Below are positions 59,226 through 64,000 of a stretch of DNA of 64,000 nucleotides, in pieces. Source of the DNA: Planctomycetota bacterium (GTDB lineage: Bacteria > Planctomycetota > UBA1135 > UBA2386); the NCBI GenBank assembly GCA_965223545.1, contig OZ245006.1:5280001-5344000 (forward strand). Direction: 5' to 3'. Position 1 is the stretch's first letter, and each line of letters starts with the position of its first letter. The notes beneath the pieces are model-generated. The model made no database searches. It had not been told where the DNA came from and was given only the letters and a program-made list of their open reading frames with translations. The translations under genes and the position numbers were made by a program.

Positions 59226-60992
59226 ATGGCGATGCGTGTCTTCCTGCTCTTCTCGATCCTGGTTCCGCTCCTCGCGTGCTCGCCACACGCGCAGGACGAG
59301 GCCGAGTCCGTCAGTCTGTCGGTGGATGAGATCTACGGCCGCGTGGCTTCGGTCAGGTCGGTCGAACTCGATCGGGATGTGACCGCGACGGTCGCGTATG
59401 GCCGCGGGCTGAGGCTGGACTGTGCGGCGAACGGGGTCGGGATCGCGGCCGTGGTGATCTGCTTCGCGGAGGATGGGCAGGTGTGGATCGCGGCGCGGGA
59501 TACCGACGGCTACGCGATCGAGCGCAGCAGCAGCCGGTATCGGAAGGTGGACGCGCTGCTCTACCAGCTCGGGCGCACGCCGGTGCTCGTGGTGGCGCGG
59601 TGGACTTGGTCCGAGGACGGCGCGGCGCTGACGATTCGGGTTTCGACGGATCTCGCGTTCAATGCCGAGCGGCGCGCGTGGGCGCGCGCGCGGAGAAGCG
59701 AGGGGGCGAACACGGCGATCCTCTTCCGCAACAGTGCGCCGGTGGCGGCGGCGGAGCTCTCGGAGGACGAGCGGGTTGCGGGGTTCTGCCGGCTGTGGAG
59801 CGAGGTGAAGTACAACTTCGCGTTCTTCGACCAAGTCCCGGAGCTCGACTGGGACTCGGTCTTGCTCGAGACGCTGCCCGCGGTGCGGGCGGCGCGCACC
59901 GCACCTGAGTACTACGCGGTTCTCGAACGGTGCGTCGCGCGGCTGCGCGACGGGCACACCAGTGTGTACGGGCCCGGCGTCGGGGTGCGCGGCGATGCTC
60001 GTCTGCCGCTGACGCTCGCGTTCGACTCCGAGGGAAAGCTGCGTATCGACCGCGTCGTGGCCCTCGAGGATGTGAAGGGCGAGGAGATGCGCGGTGAGAT
60101 CGAGGCCGCGGCGCTGCGGCGCGGCGCGGTGATCACGCATTGGGACGGCCGTCCGGTCGAGCAGCTGCTCGACGACGAGGTGCGCCCGCGGATCTGCGCC
60201 TCGACACCGCAGAGTCGGGACGTCGAGGCAGCCATTCGCCTCTCGGCCGGGGAGTACGGATCGCGCGTGGCGCTGCGCGTCCTCGATGTGGGCGCGGAAA
60301 CTGCCCGCGAAGTGGTCTTGCGGCGAGCGCGCTATCCGGTGGCGCGCAGCGGCACCGATCGGTTCGTCGTTCGCGAGCTCGAGCGCGGCGTGCTCTACGT
60401 CAACCTGCCATCGTTCGGTTCGCGGCAGGTGGTCGAGCAGTTCGAGCAAGAGCTGCCCCGCATCCGCGCGGCCCGGGCTCTGATCCTGGATGTGCGCGCC
60501 AACGGTGGTGGCAACTCCAGCCACGGTTGGAGCATCGTCAGCCACTTGATCGACGCGCCGATCCCGACCACCGCGTGGCGGACGCGGATGCACCGGCCGG
60601 CCTTTCGCGCGTGGGGTCGCGCGCCGGAGTGGCACCGCGGGGAGCCCGGGCGCATCCAAGCAGCGAGCGACCCCTTTCTCGGTCCAGTCGCCGTGCTGAC
60701 CGGTCCGCGGACGTTCAGCGCGGCCGAGGACTTCGTCGCCGTGCTCCACGCCGCCGCGCGCGCGACCGTCGTCGGTCGCCCGACCGCGGGTTCGACCGGC
60801 CAGCCGATGCGGATCGAGCTTCCCGGGGGTGGCGGTGCGCGCATCTGTACGAAGCGGGACGCCTACCCCGACGGTCGTGAGTTCGTCGGTGTCGGTATCC
60901 TTCCCGACGTTGTCGTCGACCCACTGCTCACGCCCGAGCGCGACGACCCGGAGCTCGCCCGCGCGCTGCGGGTCGTCCTCGCGGCGCTATAG
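59226..60992 (+). CDS. S41-family peptidase, probable lipoprotein
   Basis: Lipobox 'LLAC', 'LWSEVKYNF', 'LRDGHT', 'LILDVRANGGGNS', 'TFSAAEDF', 'GVGILPDV'. Confidence 0.9.
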   Translation: MAMRVFLLFSILVPLLACSPHAQDEAESVSLSVDEIYGRVASVRSVELDRDVTATVAYGRGLRLDCAANGVGIAAVVICFAEDGQVWIAARDTDGYAIERSSSRYRKVDALLYQLGRTPVLVVARWTWSEDGAALTIRVSTDLAFNAERRAWARARRSEGANTAILFRNSAPVAAAELSEDERVAGFCRLWSEVKYNFAFFDQVPELDWDSVLLETLPAVRAARTAPEYYAVLERCVARLRDGHTSVYGPGVGVRGDARLPLTLAFDSEGKLRIDRVVALEDVKGEEMRGEIEAAALRRGAVITHWDGRPVEQLLDDEVRPRICASTPQSRDVEAAIRLSAGEYGSRVALRVLDVGAETAREVVLRRARYPVARSGTDRFVVRELERGVLYVNLPSFGSRQVVEQFEQELPRIRAARALILDVRANGGGNSSHGWSIVSHLIDAPIPTTAWRTRMHRPAFRAWGRAPEWHRGEPGRIQAASDPFLGPVAVLTGPRTFSAAEDFVAVLHAAARATVVGRPTAGSTGQPMRIELPGGGGARICTKRDAYPDGREFVGVGILPDVVVDPLLTPERDDPELARALRVVLAAL

Positions 60993-61315
60993 TGGTGGAC
61001 GCTGGTCGGCAAGCTTGCCGATCCTCGACTTGGCTGGTGCTCCAGAACGTCCCCGTCCTCGTGCAGGCCGTGTTGGACCCAACGCGCTTCGCCTCGCGCC
61101 GATCTCATGCCGCCCGTGCTCCTTACGCCCGGCCGATGAGTCTGCCGGGACCGCCCGAGTTCGGTTGAGCGCATCTCGGCATGACGGCAGGTTCGCCAGG
61201 ATCTGTGAGACAGTGCCATCCAGCCAACACATGGGGACACCACGGGTCTGCTTCTCATCGCCTCACTGCTCGGTGCAGTTCGTCCGCGAAGCGAGAACAA
61301 GGATCGGAGGTGCCC

Positions 61316-64000
61316 ATGCTTGCCAACCAATCGTCTCCGTTCGGGTGTCGTTTCGCTCGAGTTCTGCTCGCGCTCGGGTTGAGTGGGTGCCCACTCGCAG
61401 GTCAAGTCGGTCCTCGGGTTCTGCTCGACCTCAACCCCGTCCCGGTTGGCGTCCAGAGGTCGTCGGCGCCCGCAGAGTTCGCTTCGTTGGGTAGTTGGGC
61501 CTATTTCAGGGCGCGCAACCCGGGCCTCGGGACCGAGCTCTACCGCACTCTCGGCGTGCCGGGAAGCACGGTGTTGGCGGGAGACCTGGTGCCGGGAAGC
61601 GGCAGCTCGTCACCCAGCTCGTTGACGGTCGTGGGCTCGCGGCTGTACTTCGCGGCAGGTTCCGGCCAAGGCAACGAGCTCTGGAGCACGGATGGGCAGT
61701 CCACTCCCGTGATCGTCGCTGACATTCACCCCGGCCCGAGTTCGAGCCGCCCAGCCAACCTGGCTCGTGCGGGGGGTGCGTTGTTCTTCTCCGCCGACGA
61801 TGGCGTGAGTGGGAGAGAGCTGTGGCGGTCGGATGGGACGTCTCGCGGGACATGGCTCGTGCGAGACATCGCGCGTGGGTCCCTTGGCTCGGACCCCGCT
61901 CCCCTCGCCGAGCTCGGGGGGAAGCTGATGTTCTATGCGACGACGGGTTCGCTTGGCCGAGAGCTCTGGGTGTCTGACGGCACCGCGCGGGGTACGTCGC
62001 TCGTCCGTGACATTCGCCCGGGACCGGCGACATCGACACCGGTCATTGGCAATGCTGTCGTCCTCGGCAGCCGGATGCTGTTCGTGGCCAACGACGGTGC
62101 TGCCGGCTCGGAACTGTGGCACACGGATGGAACCACGGCCGGAACGTCGCTCGTGCGCGACATCAACCCGGGAGCCGGATCGTCGTCGAACCCGACGGAC
62201 TTGGCGGTGGTCGGCCGCCACGTCTTCTTCACTGCGAGTGATGGAGTGAACGGTCGTGAGCTATGGCGGACGGATGGGACCGCGATGGGCACCGTGATGG
62301 TGGCCGACTTGGTGCCGGGCAAGGGCGGCTCCACCCCCTCGTCGCTAGTGGCGCTCGGCGCCTCGGTTCTGTTCGTCGCGCGGGAGGCCAGCACCGGCAC
62401 CGAGTTGTGGATCAGCGACGGGACCGCCGCCGGGACACGGTTGGTGGTCGACTTGGCCCCAGGGGTTGCTGGCTCCGCGCCGAGTTCGCTGACCGTTGTC
62501 GGCAACCTCGCGTTCTTCCGAGCCGACGACAGGTCGGGTCAGGGCCAGGAGATGTGGGTGACCGATGGCACTGCTCGAGGGACCACTTCGCTCGGCGACC
62601 TCCACCCCGGCCAGAGATCCTCGACGCCCGACCAGTTGCATGCGCACGGTCAGTTTCTCCTCTTCGCAGCGCAGGACGGAGTCGCGGGCCTCGAGCCTTG
62701 GGCGTCGGATGGAACGGCGATGGGTACGAGGCAGATCGCAGACCTCTCCACCGCTGGTTCCGCGAGCTCCATGGTGACCTCCGCGGTCGCACTGAATGGT
62801 CGAACCTACTTCGGGGCCGACGATGGGGCCACCGGTTCCGAGCTGTGGACGACGGATGGCACCGCGGCCGGCACGGTGCTCGTGCGGGACATCAGCCCCG
62901 GTAGCGCCGGGTCGCGACCCGCGTCGCTCGTGCGCGTCGACGATGTCTTGTTCTTCAGTGCGCTCGATCCCGTCGTTGGCCGTGAGCTGTGGGTCAGCGA
63001 CGGAATCGGTGCCGGGACTCGGTTGGTGGCCGACCTGGTGCCGGGTAGTGCCGGGGCCAGCCCGACGAACCTGCTCGCATTGCGCGGGCGTCTTTTGTTC
63101 AGTGGAGAGACTCCGGCGAGCGGCCGCGAGCTTTGGGTCAGCGACGGCACGGCGATCGGTACGCAGCTTCTCGCCGATGTCTACCCGGGATCGGGCAGCA
63201 GTGTCCCGAGCGAGCTCGCTGCGATCGGAGACCTGGTGTACTTCGCCGCGAGCACGCCGGCCGAGGGCACCGAGGCCTGGGTCAGTGATGGGACCCCGGG
63301 GGGCACGGCTCTACTCCGGGACGTGCTTTCGGGCCCATACGGTTCTGCTCCCGCTGGGTTCACTCGTGCGGGACGCTGGGTCGTGTTTGCGGCGCACGAT
63401 CTCGCCAGTGGTCGAGAGCTATGGAGGACCGACGGTAGCGCTGCCGGTACGACGCGGGTCGCCGACCTCGTCCCCGGGTTCTTCTCGAGCTCGCCCGAGT
63501 CGATCGTGCGCATGGGGGACCGCGCGGTTTTCACCGCAACGGTCCCCCTCGGTGATCGGGAGCTGTGGATCACCGATGGAACCGCCGCCGGGACCTCGCG
63601 CGTCGCCGATATCCGGCCGGGTCTGGTGGGAAGTGATCCCGCGATGCTGACCCGGTTGGGTCATCGCGTCGTGTTCGTTGCGGACGATGGGGTCTCCGGC
63701 GCCGAGTTGTGGATCTCGGATGGCACCGCTGCCGGAACTCGATTGGTGTCGGATATCAACCCCGGAGTCGCGGGCGCCGGTATCGCGAACCTGACCGCGA
63801 TCGGCGAGCGATGGGTCTACTTCTCGGCGCACGACGCGAGGGGTGATCGAGAGTTGTGGATCTCCGACGGGAGTGCTGCCGGGACCAGGAAGTTCGATCT
63901 CTTGCCGCTCGGATCGTCTGCGCCGCGCGAATTCGTCCTGGCCGGCGATCACGTGTTCTTCAGTGCGACGGACGCCAACTTCGGCGACGAACCGTTCGTG
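61316..64000 (+). CDS. Secreted ELWxxDGT-repeat beta-propeller protein (runs off the window)
   Basis: ATG after GGAGG, signal-like N-terminus, many ELW(S/R/V/H/I)(S/T)DGT repeats. Absent from the ORF track, presumably because no stop lies inside the window. Confidence 0.9.
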   Translation, partial: MLANQSSPFGCRFARVLLALGLSGCPLAGQVGPRVLLDLNPVPVGVQRSSAPAEFASLGSWAYFRARNPGLGTELYRTLGVPGSTVLAGDLVPGSGSSSPSSLTVVGSRLYFAAGSGQGNELWSTDGQSTPVIVADIHPGPSSSRPANLARAGGALFFSADDGVSGRELWRSDGTSRGTWLVRDIARGSLGSDPAPLAELGGKLMFYATTGSLGRELWVSDGTARGTSLVRDIRPGPATSTPVIGNAVVLGSRMLFVANDGAAGSELWHTDGTTAGTSLVRDINPGAGSSSNPTDLAVVGRHVFFTASDGVNGRELWRTDGTAMGTVMVADLVPGKGGSTPSSLVALGASVLFVAREASTGTELWISDGTAAGTRLVVDLAPGVAGSAPSSLTVVGNLAFFRADDRSGQGQEMWVTDGTARGTTSLGDLHPGQRSSTPDQLHAHGQFLLFAAQDGVAGLEPWASDGTAMGTRQIADLSTAGSASSMVTSAVALNGRTYFGADDGATGSELWTTDGTAAGTVLVRDISPGSAGSRPASLVRVDDVLFFSALDPVVGRELWVSDGIGAGTRLVADLVPGSAGASPTNLLALRGRLLFSGETPASGRELWVSDGTAIGTQLLADVYPGSGSSVPSELAAIGDLVYFAASTPAEGTEAWVSDGTPGGTALLRDVLSGPYGSAPAGFTRAGRWVVFAAHDLASGRELWRTDGSAAGTTRVADLVPGFFSSSPESIVRMGDRAVFTATVPLGDRELWITDGTAAGTSRVADIRPGLVGSDPAMLTRLGHRVVFVADDGVSGAELWISDGTAAGTRLVSDINPGVAGAGIANLTAIGERWVYFSAHDARGDRELWISDGSAAGTRKFDLLPLGSSAPREFVLAGDHVFFSATDANFGDEPFV

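Overview
GC-rich bacterial window, probably from a Planctomycetota-type organism (inferred from an ECF-sigma/Ser-Thr kinase pair, HEAT, FG-GAP and ELWxxDGT secreted proteins, and a histone-H1-like protein). Positions 1-41 kb are mostly core genome: a beta-propeller gene followed by an mgl-type GTPase/roadblock cluster whose MglA carries an unusual C-terminal membrane anchor, then metG, a glutaryl-CoA-type dehydrogenase, pyrG-kdsB, a sigma-54 regulator, tRNA-Thr, a MIP channel, an IYD-like nitroreductase, ClC, HD-GYP, ECF+STK, thiolase, two cyclophilins, a crotonase and pabB/pabC. A ~17.9 kb satellite/PICI-like integrative element sits in tRNA-Arg(ACG), bounded by a 46-bp att duplication (41195-41240 / 59024-59069). 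It encodes AlpA, a primase-SF3 helicase, an iteron origin, a serine recombinase, paired terS-like HTH genes and a PIN / XRE-ImmA / HEPN-like cargo. Its integrase is split by a complete IS66 (55546-57953, 8-bp target duplication), and several other genes are decayed. The window ends with an S41 peptidase and a truncated ELWxxDGT-repeat gene. Two dispersed structured intergenic repeat families are also visible. All protein calls come from motif recognition by eye; no database searches were run.
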